Shown here: positions 54,544 through 64,000 of the stretch, piece after piece
Layout of the letters: every line of letters begins with the position of its first letter
Position numbering within the stretch: position 1 is the first letter of the stretch
Assembly (NCBI GenBank): GCA_965660305.1
Contig: CBFHZD010000002.1
Coordinates: 64,048-128,047, forward strand
Source: Flavobacteriales bacterium
GTDB taxonomy: Bacteria > Bacteroidota > Bacteroidia > Flavobacteriales_D > CAJJDF01
DNA: 64,000 nt
Direction: 5' to 3'
The notes under the pieces: generated by a model
Database searches by the model: none
The model's input: the letters and a program-made list of their open reading frames with translations, nothing else
What the model was told of the DNA's origin: nothing
Translations under genes and position numbers: made by a program

Positions 54544-56562
54544 ATGAAAAGAATACTCTACTTCATACTGTTCACTTTTATCTGTTCACCCAATTTTTCT
54601 CAAGAGATTTGTAACAACGGGATAGATGATGATTTGGATGGTTTAGTTGATTTGCAAGACACAGCTGATTGTTTTTGCTCAATCTCTAAAGCTGATTCTT
54701 CAACCAGTTCATTAATCCCAAATCCTTCTTTCGAGCAAAGAACCTGTTGCCCATCAGCTGCAAGTCAACTGAACTGCGTTGACAACTGGATACAAGCTAC
54801 AGGAGCAACAGCCGATTATTTTAACACTTGTGGGATCTTAGCTGTAGGTACATTTCCTCCACCGCCTTTACCTTTGCCAAATGGCAATGGATACGTTGGT
54901 TTTTTCGATAATTTTGGAACACTTAACCTTCCATACAAGGAATATGTTGGAACCTGTTTGCTGGACACCTTGAAGGCGGGAGTAAATTATGAGCTTGATT
55001 ATTCTTTAGCTAATTCTTTTGGAAACTTAACGACAGAAATTGCAATTTATGGAACTACAGACTGTGCAAATTTACCATTTGGGTCTCTTTTAAACACCCC
55101 TTCAAGCTTTTGTCCAACTTCCGTTGTTCCTTCGGATTGGACTTTATTAAAAATAGACACTGTCACCTGTCTTACCTCCTCTTGGGTAAGGTCATCATTA
55201 AATTTTACGCCTACACAAAATTATACAGCCATTGTAATTGGCGGTAGCTGCAACAATAACTCAGGTTCCAGTTATTATTACATGGATCATTTAATTCTCA
55301 AGGAATCGGGACTTTTTTCACCTTCCCTTGCAATAAACGATACAGGGAACTACTGTCAAAATAATTTAGTTTTGGAAGCAGTATTTGATTCAATTCCTCT
55401 TTCTTTTCAATGGTATAAAGACAGCATCGCAATTGTGGGGGCAACAGGGTCTTCCTATTCGGTGCCTAACGGACAGCTAGGCGATTATCAAGTCCTGGCC
55501 TCCTATGATACATTGTGTGTTTTGAGTAGTCCTTTTGTACTGGACACCACCCTTATCACTTTTAACTCAATTACCTCTGGAACCTGCCTTTTTGGAAATC
55601 AGACTGGCGAGATAATCGTTGCAAACACAAATGGAGGTACAACACCGTACGTCTATCAATTGGGAAATTCTGGATTTGTTTCTGATTCTATGTTTAGGAA
55701 TCTATCCGCTGGAATTTATTCAGTTACAGTGCAAGATTCCAATGGGTGCGAAGGAATACAAACTGCAGTAGTAGATACTTTTCCTGCACCACAGGCTAGT
55801 TTTTTGGCGGATACTGTATGCTTGGGTCAAGTAACCTCATTTACAAATCAATCCACTATTTCTGTGGGTAGCATACCAAGCTATCAATGGAGTTCACCTT
55901 TAAACTCCTCGTCTCAAAACACCACATTTACATTCTCGTCTGACGGAACTTTTCCCATAACACTCACCGCTGTTTCCGATTCAGGATGCGCAGATGACAC
56001 GACAATTTCCGTTCTTGTTAATCCTCTGCCAGTAGCTAATTTTACTTTTTCACCTTCTGAATTGTACACGTTCAATCCAGAAGTGTGTTTTACCAACCAA
56101 ACTATTGGGGCTAGTTCTTACTTCTGGGATTTTGATTTTACAGGTCCAACCGGAACTTCAAACCAAGAAAACCCATGTACTATTCTTTTTCCGACAAATA
56201 CGGCTAGAGAATATCAAATTACATTGATTGCAGAAACAGACTTAGGTTGTTTGGATTCAGCTTCACGTTTTCTATCTGTTTTAGATGAGTTTCTGTTTTA
56301 CATTCCCAATGCCTTTTCACCCAACGATGATGGAATCAATGATGAATTAATAGTGGTTTCTGGAGGTGTTGAAAGCTATTCCTTCACTCTTTTTAACCGT
56401 TGGGGAGAAATCATTTTTGAGTCAACAGATACGACCGAAAAATGGGATGGAACCTTTAAGGGAACAAAAGTTCCCCAAGGAGTTTATGCCTACAGAGCTA
56501 TTCTACAGGGACAAAATGGAGTGGTGAAGGAACAGATTGGACATATTTCTCTGGTGAGGTAG
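54544..56562 (+). CDS. Secreted multi-domain protein with PKD-like repeats and a T9SS type B (gliding-motility-associated) C-terminal sorting domain
   Basis: Signal peptide. An N-terminal CNNGIDDDLDGLVD Cys-rich motif. The C-terminus FYIPNAFSPNDDGINDEL....F.LFNRWGEIIFES....WDGTFKG...PQGVYAY is diagnostic of the type B CTD. Confidence 0.85.
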   Translation: MKRILYFILFTFICSPNFSQEICNNGIDDDLDGLVDLQDTADCFCSISKADSSTSSLIPNPSFEQRTCCPSAASQLNCVDNWIQATGATADYFNTCGILAVGTFPPPPLPLPNGNGYVGFFDNFGTLNLPYKEYVGTCLLDTLKAGVNYELDYSLANSFGNLTTEIAIYGTTDCANLPFGSLLNTPSSFCPTSVVPSDWTLLKIDTVTCLTSSWVRSSLNFTPTQNYTAIVIGGSCNNNSGSSYYYMDHLILKESGLFSPSLAINDTGNYCQNNLVLEAVFDSIPLSFQWYKDSIAIVGATGSSYSVPNGQLGDYQVLASYDTLCVLSSPFVLDTTLITFNSITSGTCLFGNQTGEIIVANTNGGTTPYVYQLGNSGFVSDSMFRNLSAGIYSVTVQDSNGCEGIQTAVVDTFPAPQASFLADTVCLGQVTSFTNQSTISVGSIPSYQWSSPLNSSSQNTTFTFSSDGTFPITLTAVSDSGCADDTTISVLVNPLPVANFTFSPSELYTFNPEVCFTNQTIGASSYFWDFDFTGPTGTSNQENPCTILFPTNTAREYQITLIAETDLGCLDSASRFLSVLDEFLFYIPNAFSPNDDGINDELIVVSGGVESYSFTLFNRWGEIIFESTDTTEKWDGTFKGTKVPQGVYAYRAILQGQNGVVKEQIGHISLVR

Positions 56563-56622
56563 ATTTTTTGGCCCTTTGCAATTAATTAAGCGTGTAAATT
56601 CAAGTATTGTAAACATTTACCT

Positions 56623-56630
56623 TACCTTTG
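56623..56630 (+). promoter_or_regulatory. Putative -7 box TACCTTTG for typA
   Basis: Exact TAnnTTTG match 22 nt upstream of the ATG at 56652. Confidence 0.4.
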
Positions 56631-56651
56631 CCCAAAATTTAGTTAAAGTAC

Positions 56652-58454
56652 ATGTCACAAGAAATCAAAAACATCGCCATCATTGCCCACGTAGATCACG
56701 GGAAAACTACCTTAGTAGATAAAATGATTTTGGCCGGAAAATTATTTTCAGATCACGAAACTCCAGGAGAACTCATCATGGATAACAACGATTTGGAAAG
56801 AGAAAGAGGAATTACCATTCTTGCCAAAAACGTATCAGTTAATTATAAAGGGGTTAAAATCAATATCATTGACACACCAGGTCACAGTGATTTTGGAGGA
56901 GAAGTAGAGCGTGTGATGAACATGGCTGACGGAGTATTGTTATTGGTAGATGCTTTTGAAGGTCCAATGCCACAAACAAGATTTGTGATGCAGAAAGCTA
57001 TTGAAGCTGGACTAAAACCAATTGTGGTTGTAAATAAAGTGGACAAAGAAAACTGTACACCAGATATCGCTTACGAAAATGTATTTGATTTGATGTTTAG
57101 TGTAGGTGCCTCAGAAGAACAACTCGACTTTCCAGTAATTTATGGTTCTGCCAAAAATGGATGGATGAGTGAAGATTGGCAAAAACCAACCGAAGACATT
57201 ACACCATTATTGGACTGTGTGTTGGAAAACATTCCAACTCCAGTTTTTGAAGAAGGAACAACTCAATTGTTGATTACTTCATTGGATTACTCAGCTTACG
57301 TAGGAAGAATTGCAGTAGGAAGATTACAAAGAGGATCAATCAAGGAAGGACAAAACATTTCGTTGGTAAAAAGAGACGGAAGCATAGTAAAATCTAAGGT
57401 AAAAGAGATTTTTGTATTCGAGGGAATGGGAAAAATGAAAGTTACCGAAGTTCAAACTGGAGACATTTGTGGAATTGTAGGGGTAGAAGGATTTGAAATT
57501 GGAGATACCATTGCAGATTTTGAAAACCCAGAGGCTTTACAAACCATTAAGATTGATGAGCCAACAATGAGTATGATGTTTACGATTAACAACTCACCGT
57601 TCTTTGGTAAAGAAGGAAAATTTGTTACTTCTCGTCACATCAAAGACAGATTGGACAAAGAGCTCGAAAAAAACTTGGCTCTTCAGGTAAAGGATACAGG
57701 TTCTGCCGATTCATTTATGGTATTTGGAAGAGGGATTCTTCACTTGTCAGTTTTAATAGAAACGATGAGAAGAGAAGGATATGAGTTACAAATTGGGCAA
57801 CCTCAAGTGATTATAAAAGAAATTGATGGAAAGAAGCATGAGCCAATTGAGGAGTTGACAATTGATTTGCCAGAGGTAGTTTCTGGTAAAGCCATTGAAA
57901 TGGTGACCACAAGAAAAGGAGAAATGTTGAACATGGTACCTAAAGGAGACCGTGTAACTATCGACTTTGAAATCCCATCAAGAGGAATTATTGGATTAAG
58001 AAATTACTTGCTTACTGCCACTGCAGGAGAAGCAATTATGAACCACAGATTTAAAGAATTTGCGCCTTACAAAGGAGAAATTCCTGGAAGGTCTGCTGGA
58101 TCGTTGATTTCTTTGGAGCAGGGAAAAGCAATACCTTTCTCTTTGAACAACTTGCAAGATAGAGGAAAATTCTTTGTAGCACCAAACGAAGAGATTTACG
58201 AAGGACAAGTAATCGGAGAAAACTCAAGAGACAATGACCTTACGGTAAACGTAACGAAGACAAAGAAAATGAGTAACATGCGTTCTTCAGGGGCGGATGA
58301 TAAAGTAAAATTGGCACCACCAATTAAGTTTTCTTTGGAAGAAGCATTGGAGTACATCCAGGAAGACGAGTACGTTGAGGTGACACCAGTAAGCTTAAGA
58401 TTGAGAAAAATATTATTGAAAGAGAATGAAAGAAAAAGAGCTGGAAGAAACTAA
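56652..58454 (+). CDS. typA: Translational GTPase TypA/BipA
   Basis: 600 aa. G motifs [14 protein letters not shown] and NKVD, with overall EF-G-like domain order. Confidence 0.96.
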   Translation: MSQEIKNIAIIAHVDHGKTTLVDKMILAGKLFSDHETPGELIMDNNDLERERGITILAKNVSVNYKGVKINIIDTPGHSDFGGEVERVMNMADGVLLLVDAFEGPMPQTRFVMQKAIEAGLKPIVVVNKVDKENCTPDIAYENVFDLMFSVGASEEQLDFPVIYGSAKNGWMSEDWQKPTEDITPLLDCVLENIPTPVFEEGTTQLLITSLDYSAYVGRIAVGRLQRGSIKEGQNISLVKRDGSIVKSKVKEIFVFEGMGKMKVTEVQTGDICGIVGVEGFEIGDTIADFENPEALQTIKIDEPTMSMMFTINNSPFFGKEGKFVTSRHIKDRLDKELEKNLALQVKDTGSADSFMVFGRGILHLSVLIETMRREGYELQIGQPQVIIKEIDGKKHEPIEELTIDLPEVVSGKAIEMVTTRKGEMLNMVPKGDRVTIDFEIPSRGIIGLRNYLLTATAGEAIMNHRFKEFAPYKGEIPGRSAGSLISLEQGKAIPFSLNNLQDRGKFFVAPNEEIYEGQVIGENSRDNDLTVNVTKTKKMSNMRSSGADDKVKLAPPIKFSLEEALEYIQEDEYVEVTPVSLRLRKILLKENERKRAGRN

Positions 58455-58478
58455 GACCAAGAGGTTTTAATTAATTTT

Positions 58479-58513
58479 GAGTCGTTCCTAAAAAGTGGAA
58501 CGACTCTTTTTTT
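58479..58513 (+). terminator. Rho-independent terminator after typA
   Basis: Perfect 10-bp stem GAGTCGTTCC/GGAACGACTC with an 8-nt loop, followed by T7. Confidence 0.8.
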
Positions 58514-58534
58514 GGAGTTATATTTTGTAAATTT

Positions 58535-58957
58535 ATGATTACAATGAGCAAAAAGGTCCTTTTATCAGATTTTGAGTACGATTTCCAGTTGATAGGAATT
58601 AGTTCTCATGCAAAGGATTATAGACTCTCTTGGGAAATAAACAAAAGATTTGGTATCAATCTAATAAAAGAAGAGGAAGTGATTTTTTCCTCAAAAAAAG
58701 GAGGAGACAGAGAGTTTTCCATGTATTTTTACCAAGACGATATAGAAGAAAGAGACGTGCGATTAATCGGAAACAAAAGTGGAGGAAGCTGCTTAGTTCC
58801 CGAAAAAAAAGCGGCAGATTTTTTCCTGATGTTGTACGACTACAATTCCCTTGAAATAAGTGAAATGATGCGTGAAATAAGGAAAATTAATGTTGTATTA
58901 ACAGCCTTTGAAATGGATGTTAATACCTTAAAGTCTAAAGAGAATTTACTGTTTTAA
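58535..58957 (+). CDS. Small conserved hypothetical protein, possibly IPExxxVDY family
   Basis: 140 aa. The motif VPEKKAADFF resembles IPExxxVDY. Its position just upstream of pyk matches my recollection of this family. Weak functional call. Confidence 0.5.
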   Translation: MITMSKKVLLSDFEYDFQLIGISSHAKDYRLSWEINKRFGINLIKEEEVIFSSKKGGDREFSMYFYQDDIEERDVRLIGNKSGGSCLVPEKKAADFFLMLYDYNSLEISEMMREIRKINVVLTAFEMDVNTLKSKENLLF

Positions 58958-58974
58958 CAAAATTAGAAAGAAGA

Positions 58975-60393
58975 ATGAGAAAGACTAAAATTATAGCAAC
59001 TATTGGCCCAGCCACAGAATCGAAAGAAATGTTGGGGTCAATTATTGATTTGGGAGTGAATGTATGCCGACTGAATTTTTCACATGGTTCTCACGAGAAT
59101 CACCGCAATGTATTGAAAAACATCAGCGAGATTAATAAAGAGAAAGGCACTCATATCGCTACTTTGGGTGATTTGCAAGGTCCTAAATTGAGAGTAGGGA
59201 AAATGGAAGATAACACCCTGCTTGTAGAAGGAAACGAAATTGTATTTACCAACGAGGATTGCCTAGGAAATGCCGATAAGGTGTACATGAACTACGAAAA
59301 CTTTGCTAACGATGTAAAGAAAGGTGAGTTCATAAGATTGGATGACGGAAAACTAGAGCTTGAAATATTGGAAACCAACGGAGTGGATACCGTAAGAGCC
59401 AAAGTAACCCAAGGAGGAATTTTAAAGTCAAACAAAGGTGTAAACCTTCCCAATACAGTTATTTCTTTGCCTTCTCTCACAGAAAAGGATTTGGTAGATT
59501 TGGAATTTGCGCTTGAGCATAACATCGACTGGATAGGCCTTTCTTTTGTTCGTTCTGCGAGAGACATTATAGAGCTGAAAGGAATGATTGCCGCTAAAAA
59601 CAAAAAAGCAAAAGTAATTGCAAAAATAGAAAAGCCTGAGGCTGTTGAGAACATTGAGGAAATAATAAAAGAGGCAGATGCCATTATGGTAGCAAGAGGA
59701 GATTTAGGAGTAGAAATACCGATGCAGAAAGTTCCTATTGTTCAAAAAATGATCGTAGAAAAATGCATCAAATACTCCAAGCCTGTAGTAATCGCTACCC
59801 AAATGATGGAAAGCATGATAGAGTCATCTACCCCAACAAGGGCAGAGGTGAATGATGTGGCTAATGCCGTATTGGATGGTGCTGATGCTGTGATGTTGAG
59901 TGGAGAAACCTCCGTAGGAAAGTATCCAAATTACGTCATTGATGCTATGGTAAAGATTTTGGAAGAAACAGGGGATTTTAGATTCAAAGAAATTTTACAA
60001 GAGAAGAGTCCAGAGCGAAGTCCAGAAAGATTTATAACGGACTCTATCTGTTTTAATGCAAGTAACTTAGCCGATAAAACCAAGGCAAAAGCCATTGTTA
60101 CAATGACTTTTTCGGGATATACCGCATTCAAGATATCTTCTAAAAGACCAAAAGCTTCTATCTTTGTATTCTCCGGAAACAAAGAGCTTCTTACCAAGCT
60201 GAGTTTGGTTTGGGGTGTAAGGACTTTCTATTACGACAAAATGGTAAGCACAGACCATACCATAGCAGACATTCATTATATACTGAAAAAGCAGGGCTAT
60301 GTGAAAGAAGGAGATCTAATAATCAATACAGCGAGTATTCCGCTGGAAGAAAGTGGGAAAACAAACATGCTGAAATTAAGCTACATAGATTAA
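58975..60393 (+). CDS. pyk: Pyruvate kinase
   Basis: 472 aa. RKTKIIATIGPA, NFSHG, MVARGDLGVEIP and MLSGETS motifs. Confidence 0.96.
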   Translation: MRKTKIIATIGPATESKEMLGSIIDLGVNVCRLNFSHGSHENHRNVLKNISEINKEKGTHIATLGDLQGPKLRVGKMEDNTLLVEGNEIVFTNEDCLGNADKVYMNYENFANDVKKGEFIRLDDGKLELEILETNGVDTVRAKVTQGGILKSNKGVNLPNTVISLPSLTEKDLVDLEFALEHNIDWIGLSFVRSARDIIELKGMIAAKNKKAKVIAKIEKPEAVENIEEIIKEADAIMVARGDLGVEIPMQKVPIVQKMIVEKCIKYSKPVVIATQMMESMIESSTPTRAEVNDVANAVLDGADAVMLSGETSVGKYPNYVIDAMVKILEETGDFRFKEILQEKSPERSPERFITDSICFNASNLADKTKAKAIVTMTFSGYTAFKISSKRPKASIFVFSGNKELLTKLSLVWGVRTFYYDKMVSTDHTIADIHYILKKQGYVKEGDLIINTASIPLEESGKTNMLKLSYID

Positions 60394-60394
60394 G

Positions 60395-61477
60395 ATGATG
60401 AGAAAAATAGGAATAATTATACCGCTTGTGTTATTGTGTGCTATTGGAAACACCCAAATACCTCCTGGCTATTACAATGCAGCAACGGGACTAACGGGAT
60501 ATCCATTAAAAACAGCCCTAAAAACAATCATAACAAATGGGCACAATGACCGAGGTTACGGAAGTTTGTATTCAGGATACATGACGGCCGATGCCGATAA
60601 TTTTTACGACAATGACGGTTCTGTATTGGATATGTATTCTGAAAATCCAACAGGAGCAGACAACTACTTTTATACCCACAACAACCGAAAATGTGGAAAC
60701 TATAACAGTGAGAACGATTGTTACAACCGGGAACATTTAATGCCACAAAGTGTATTTAATAGTGCGAGCCCGATGAAAAACGACATTCATTTCGTGGTTC
60801 CTTCTGATGGATACGTAAACGGACAAAGGAGTAACTTGCCATTTGGTGAAGTCACTTCCACTACCTGGACAAGCCAAAATGGATCAAAGAAAGGGCCTTG
60901 TACTTTCCCTGGATATTCTAATATAGTGTTTGAACCGATTGATGAATTCAAAGGAGACATAGCAAGATGCATGTTGTATTTTGCAACCCGATACGAAAGT
61001 CAAGTTTCTTCATGGAGTTGGGGTCCTCTTAATGGAACTTCATCCCAAGTTTACGACCAATGGTTTGTCAATTTGTTGGTAAAATGGCATTTGCAAGATA
61101 CCGTGAACCAAAGAGAAATAGTAAGAAACAACGCATCTTACACCTACCAAGGAAATAGAAACCCATACATTGATCACCCAGAATGGGTTACAGAAATATG
61201 GACCAGCACCCTCTCTAATGTTTCCATAAAAGAGGAGCGTTTCTCTCATTTGTCTATTTTTCCTAACCCAACTGCAAATCGCTCAGCTAGTATATCCAAT
61301 GATTTCCCTATCGATGCTGTATCGGTTTATACCATTCTAGGAAAAGAAATAACAGAATTCACTCTCCAAAAAAAATCCACAAATTCAATTGAGCTATCGG
61401 GATTGCCTGCAGGAGTTCTTGTATTAAAAATAGAGAGTAAGGAAAGTACGGCTATCAAAAAACTGGTCGTTCAATAA
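60395..61477 (+). CDS. Extracellular endonuclease I family nuclease with a T9SS type A C-terminal sorting domain
   Basis: Signal peptide. NREHLMPQS and NPYIDHPEW motifs of endonuclease I. The C-terminal 80 aa (LSIFPNPTANRSASI....VYTILGKEI.......LPAGVLVLKIES) resemble the Por secretion CTD. Confidence 0.85.
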   Translation: MMRKIGIIIPLVLLCAIGNTQIPPGYYNAATGLTGYPLKTALKTIITNGHNDRGYGSLYSGYMTADADNFYDNDGSVLDMYSENPTGADNYFYTHNNRKCGNYNSENDCYNREHLMPQSVFNSASPMKNDIHFVVPSDGYVNGQRSNLPFGEVTSTTWTSQNGSKKGPCTFPGYSNIVFEPIDEFKGDIARCMLYFATRYESQVSSWSWGPLNGTSSQVYDQWFVNLLVKWHLQDTVNQREIVRNNASYTYQGNRNPYIDHPEWVTEIWTSTLSNVSIKEERFSHLSIFPNPTANRSASISNDFPIDAVSVYTILGKEITEFTLQKKSTNSIELSGLPAGVLVLKIESKESTAIKKLVVQ

Positions 61478-61495
61478 CCACTAAATCGCGTTGCT

Positions 61496-61789
61496 ATGAA
61501 AAGCAATCCTCATAAGTTGAGAGGAAGTATTTACACTTTCCTTGGAGTTGTTTTTGGTCTTGTATCCTTGATTGGAATCGCATTGCTTACTTTGTTTTTT
61601 TTCATGGATTCCATGACTTGGGAAAACTTTTTTCAATACCTCATATTTTTGGTCTTATACGTTGCAATAGGAGTTATTGCTTTGATTCTTTATGGATCAG
61701 GGAAAGTTTATTTGAATGGTCCTTCGCCCGAAAGAGAGGAATTTGAAAGGATAAGAAAAGAAACCAACAGAACCAGAAATCAGTTGTAA
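61496..61789 (+). CDS. Small hypothetical membrane protein (two predicted TM helices)
   Basis: 97-aa ORF with two long hydrophobic helices and a basic C-terminal tail. No family was recognised. Confidence 0.55.
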   Translation: MKSNPHKLRGSIYTFLGVVFGLVSLIGIALLTLFFFMDSMTWENFFQYLIFLVLYVAIGVIALILYGSGKVYLNGPSPEREEFERIRKETNRTRNQL

Positions 61790-61848
61790 AGAAAAGTCAT
61801 GGGTTTTAATTTATTTCAGTATCTTGTTAGATAACCGAAATTAAAATT

Positions 61849-63387
61849 ATGTTAGTAAAGACCTATGGATGTGCCGTTTTTGGCATAGAAGCCACTATCA
61901 TTACTGTGGAAGTAAACATAACCAATGGGGTTAATTTTTTTCTTGTAGGATTGCCCGATAGCGCTGTAAAAGAAAGTCAACAAAGGATACAGGCAGCACT
62001 CAAAAACAACGGGTATAAAATTCCTGTGAAAGAAATTACCGTAAACATGGCGCCAGCAGATATTCGCAAAGAAGGATCGGCTTATGACCTCACATTGGCT
62101 ATCGGGATTTGGGCCGCAACAGAACAAATTCAATTCGATAAAGTGGGAGAATACTTAATTATGGGAGAACTTTCCTTAGACGGAAGTTTACAACCCTTGA
62201 AAGGAGTTTTACCCATAGCCATTGAGGCACGCAATCACGGATTGAAAGGAATAATATTACCCAAGCAAAATGCAAGAGAGGCTGCCATTGTGGACGAACT
62301 AGAGGTGTATGGTGTAGAGAACATCAAAGAGGTGATAGACTTCTTTAATGAAGAAATAGAATTAGAAAAAACAGTAGTCAATACACGCGAGGAGTTTTAT
62401 AATAAACTCATGTCGAGCGAACTCGATTTTAAAGACGTAAAAGGTCAACAAAACATCAAACGGGCATTTGAAATTGCAGCGGCTGGCGGTCACAACATTA
62501 TTTTGATTGGTCCTCCAGGCGCTGGAAAAAGCATGTTGGCAAAACGATTACCCACCATTTTACCTCCTTTCACTCTTCAGGAATCGCTCGAAACCACCAA
62601 GATTCATTCGGTTACAGGAAGTTTGGACTCTAACGAGGCACTGATGTCTGCTCGCCCTTTCCGAAAGCCCCACCACACCATCTCGGATGTTGCTTTAGTT
62701 GGAGGTGGAGCTTTTCCTCAGCCGGGCGAAATTTCTTTGGCGCACAATGGAGTATTGTTTTTAGACGAATTGCCCGAATACAAACGAACCGTGTTGGAAG
62801 TAATGCGTCAACCGTTAGAAGATAGAAAGGTAACCATTTCTAGAGCAAAATTTACGGTAGATTATCCAGCTAGCTTCATGCTTGTAGCTGCCATGAATCC
62901 TTGTCCATGCGGCTATTACAATCACCCAGAAAAAGACTGTGTGTGTTCGCCAGGGGTAGTGCAAAAATACCTGAACAAAATTTCGGGGCCTTTGTTGGAT
63001 AGAATTGATTTGCATGTGGAAGTAACTCCTGTAAATTTTGACGAATTGGCGAGTTCAGAAAACACCGAAAACTCTTCCTCAATTAGGGAGAGAGTTATTG
63101 CAGCTAGGGAGATTCAGGAGAAACGATTTGAGGAATCGGACCATGTATTTGCTAATGCACACATGGAATCTAAAAAACTAAGGGAAGTGTGTCAGATTCA
63201 AACAGATTCTGTGGCTTTGCTCAAAACTGCCATGGAAAGATTGGGACTTTCGGCTAGAGCTTACGATCGAATCCTGAAGGTGTCGCGAACCATAGCCGAT
63301 TTGGCTGGTTCAAAAGACATCAAAGCCGATCACATTGCCGAAGCCATACAATATAGAAGTTTGGATAGAGAAAACTGGGCGGGATAG
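61849..63387 (+). CDS. yifB: YifB/ComM family Mg-chelatase-like AAA+ ATPase
   Basis: 512 aa. An N-terminal Lon-like ChlI domain, Walker A GPPGAGKSM, Walker B LFLDELPE, and a Cys-rich NPCPCGY insertion. Confidence 0.95.
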   Translation: MLVKTYGCAVFGIEATIITVEVNITNGVNFFLVGLPDSAVKESQQRIQAALKNNGYKIPVKEITVNMAPADIRKEGSAYDLTLAIGIWAATEQIQFDKVGEYLIMGELSLDGSLQPLKGVLPIAIEARNHGLKGIILPKQNAREAAIVDELEVYGVENIKEVIDFFNEEIELEKTVVNTREEFYNKLMSSELDFKDVKGQQNIKRAFEIAAAGGHNIILIGPPGAGKSMLAKRLPTILPPFTLQESLETTKIHSVTGSLDSNEALMSARPFRKPHHTISDVALVGGGAFPQPGEISLAHNGVLFLDELPEYKRTVLEVMRQPLEDRKVTISRAKFTVDYPASFMLVAAMNPCPCGYYNHPEKDCVCSPGVVQKYLNKISGPLLDRIDLHVEVTPVNFDELASSENTENSSSIRERVIAAREIQEKRFEESDHVFANAHMESKKLREVCQIQTDSVALLKTAMERLGLSARAYDRILKVSRTIADLAGSKDIKADHIAEAIQYRSLDRENWAG

Positions 63388-63440
63388 GGACCCCAATGCC
63401 AAGCGCTCACGCACATTTCGTTCATGGGACTAAGGCAGGA

Positions 63441-64000
63441 TTAATTTCCTAAATAGATAAATTTGTTTCCAATATCAGTTGTAGCAGAAGCTCTGCCTTC
63501 TACGATTAATTGTGAAGGAATGATAGAACCACCTGTATCTGTATTCCAAGATACTTGAGTTGTAGTGGTTTCGGCTTGGGTAACACGAACTACACCATCA
63601 TCATTTTGTGTGTTTACTGTAGCCACAGGTTTGTCAATAAATGCCTCGGGAAATATAAAAATTTCGTTACCTGAATTTGAGGTTCTCTCGTCAATGATAT
63701 ACCGGATATAATTTTTACCTCTAATTTTAGTATAATCAATGGTGGCCCCAGTAATACTCACGCTGGTGTGTCTTGTTATAATTTGGTCTCCATTATCAAC
63801 TAAATTGGGCAAATTGGTGCCAAAACCCAGTGATGTTGCCTGCGCTTGTTGGCTAGTTGTTAATGTGCTAATGGCTCTTCCGTCAAGTTGAACCCAACCG
63901 TTATGATCGGTAGTTTTATAGTCTGTTTTCGTTTCTCCATAATCATGTTTCGGAGTGGTATCTTGCACAATGGTATTGATTACCAAATTGCTGGCTGTGC
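63441..64000 (-). CDS. Hypothetical protein, C-terminal part (the ORF is open to the window edge), with a possible divergent phage-tail-collar-like segment
   Basis: The reading frame continues past 63986 to base 64000. NGWVQLDGRAISTLTTSQQAQATSLGFGTNLPNL loosely resembles the W..CDG..L......L...G.....LP.L tail-collar pattern. Confidence 0.5.
   Translation of the reverse strand, partial: TASNLVINTIVQDTTPKHDYGETKTDYKTTDHNGWVQLDGRAISTLTTSQQAQATSLGFGTNLPNLVDNGDQIITRHTSVSITGATIDYTKIRGKNYIRYIIDERTSNSGNEIFIFPEAFIDKPVATVNTQNDDGVVRVTQAETTTTQVSWNTDTGGSIIPSQLIVEGRASATTDIGNKFIYLGN

Noticed and set aside
8401-56651. Sigma-54 (-24/-12, TGGCAC-N5-TTGC) promoters as targets of the DBD-less activator
   Set aside because: I checked intergenic regions containing TTGC(A) by eye (8490, 44472, 46081, 50061, 56573). 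None has a GG at the required 12-nt spacing. A proper PWM scan is needed.

Overview
AT-rich chromosomal window from a member of the Bacteroidota, probably Flavobacteriia-like. The basis is two T9SS C-terminal sorting domains, TAnnTTTG-type -7 promoter boxes directly upstream of several genes, and families such as DUF2147, DUF1573, AsmA-like and a DsbD fusion. About 50 protein genes are supported, most of them housekeeping: mnmG, ybeY, mfd, tsaE, rnhB, dut, ispG, typA, pyk and yifB/comM. There is a marR-fadN-fadA-fadE beta-oxidation operon, a SUF accessory pair, and a four-gene carotenoid cluster (crtZ, a CrtD-like desaturase, a CruF-like hydratase and a fused CrtYcd-type cyclase). There is also one tRNA-Arg(UCG). 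I did not find a CRISPR array, a transposase or integrase, rRNA, or a convincing multi-gene defence island. The most unusual points are these. (1) A parDE toxin-antitoxin cassette is bracketed by about 227-bp direct repeats that include a second copy of the last 16 codons of dut. (2) A four-helix-bundle (23S-IVS-type) gene cassette with 27-nt terminal inverted repeats sits between fadN and fadA inside the fad operon. (3) Several dispersed palindromic repeat families are present (CCTAACAGG hairpins, GTCAT hairpins, AAAGTTGGGCTTCGAG elements). (4) A membrane-anchored class III nucleotide cyclase is fused to an HD phosphohydrolase domain and lies directly downstream of an SPFH/band-7 gene. (5) An uncharacterised lipoprotein is paired with a long PorP/SprF-like beta-barrel. 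(6) A tRNA-Arg has an apparent A19:U56 compensatory pair, and a protein-coding ORF overlaps its 5' part. All functional calls come from reading motifs in the supplied translations. No database search was run.
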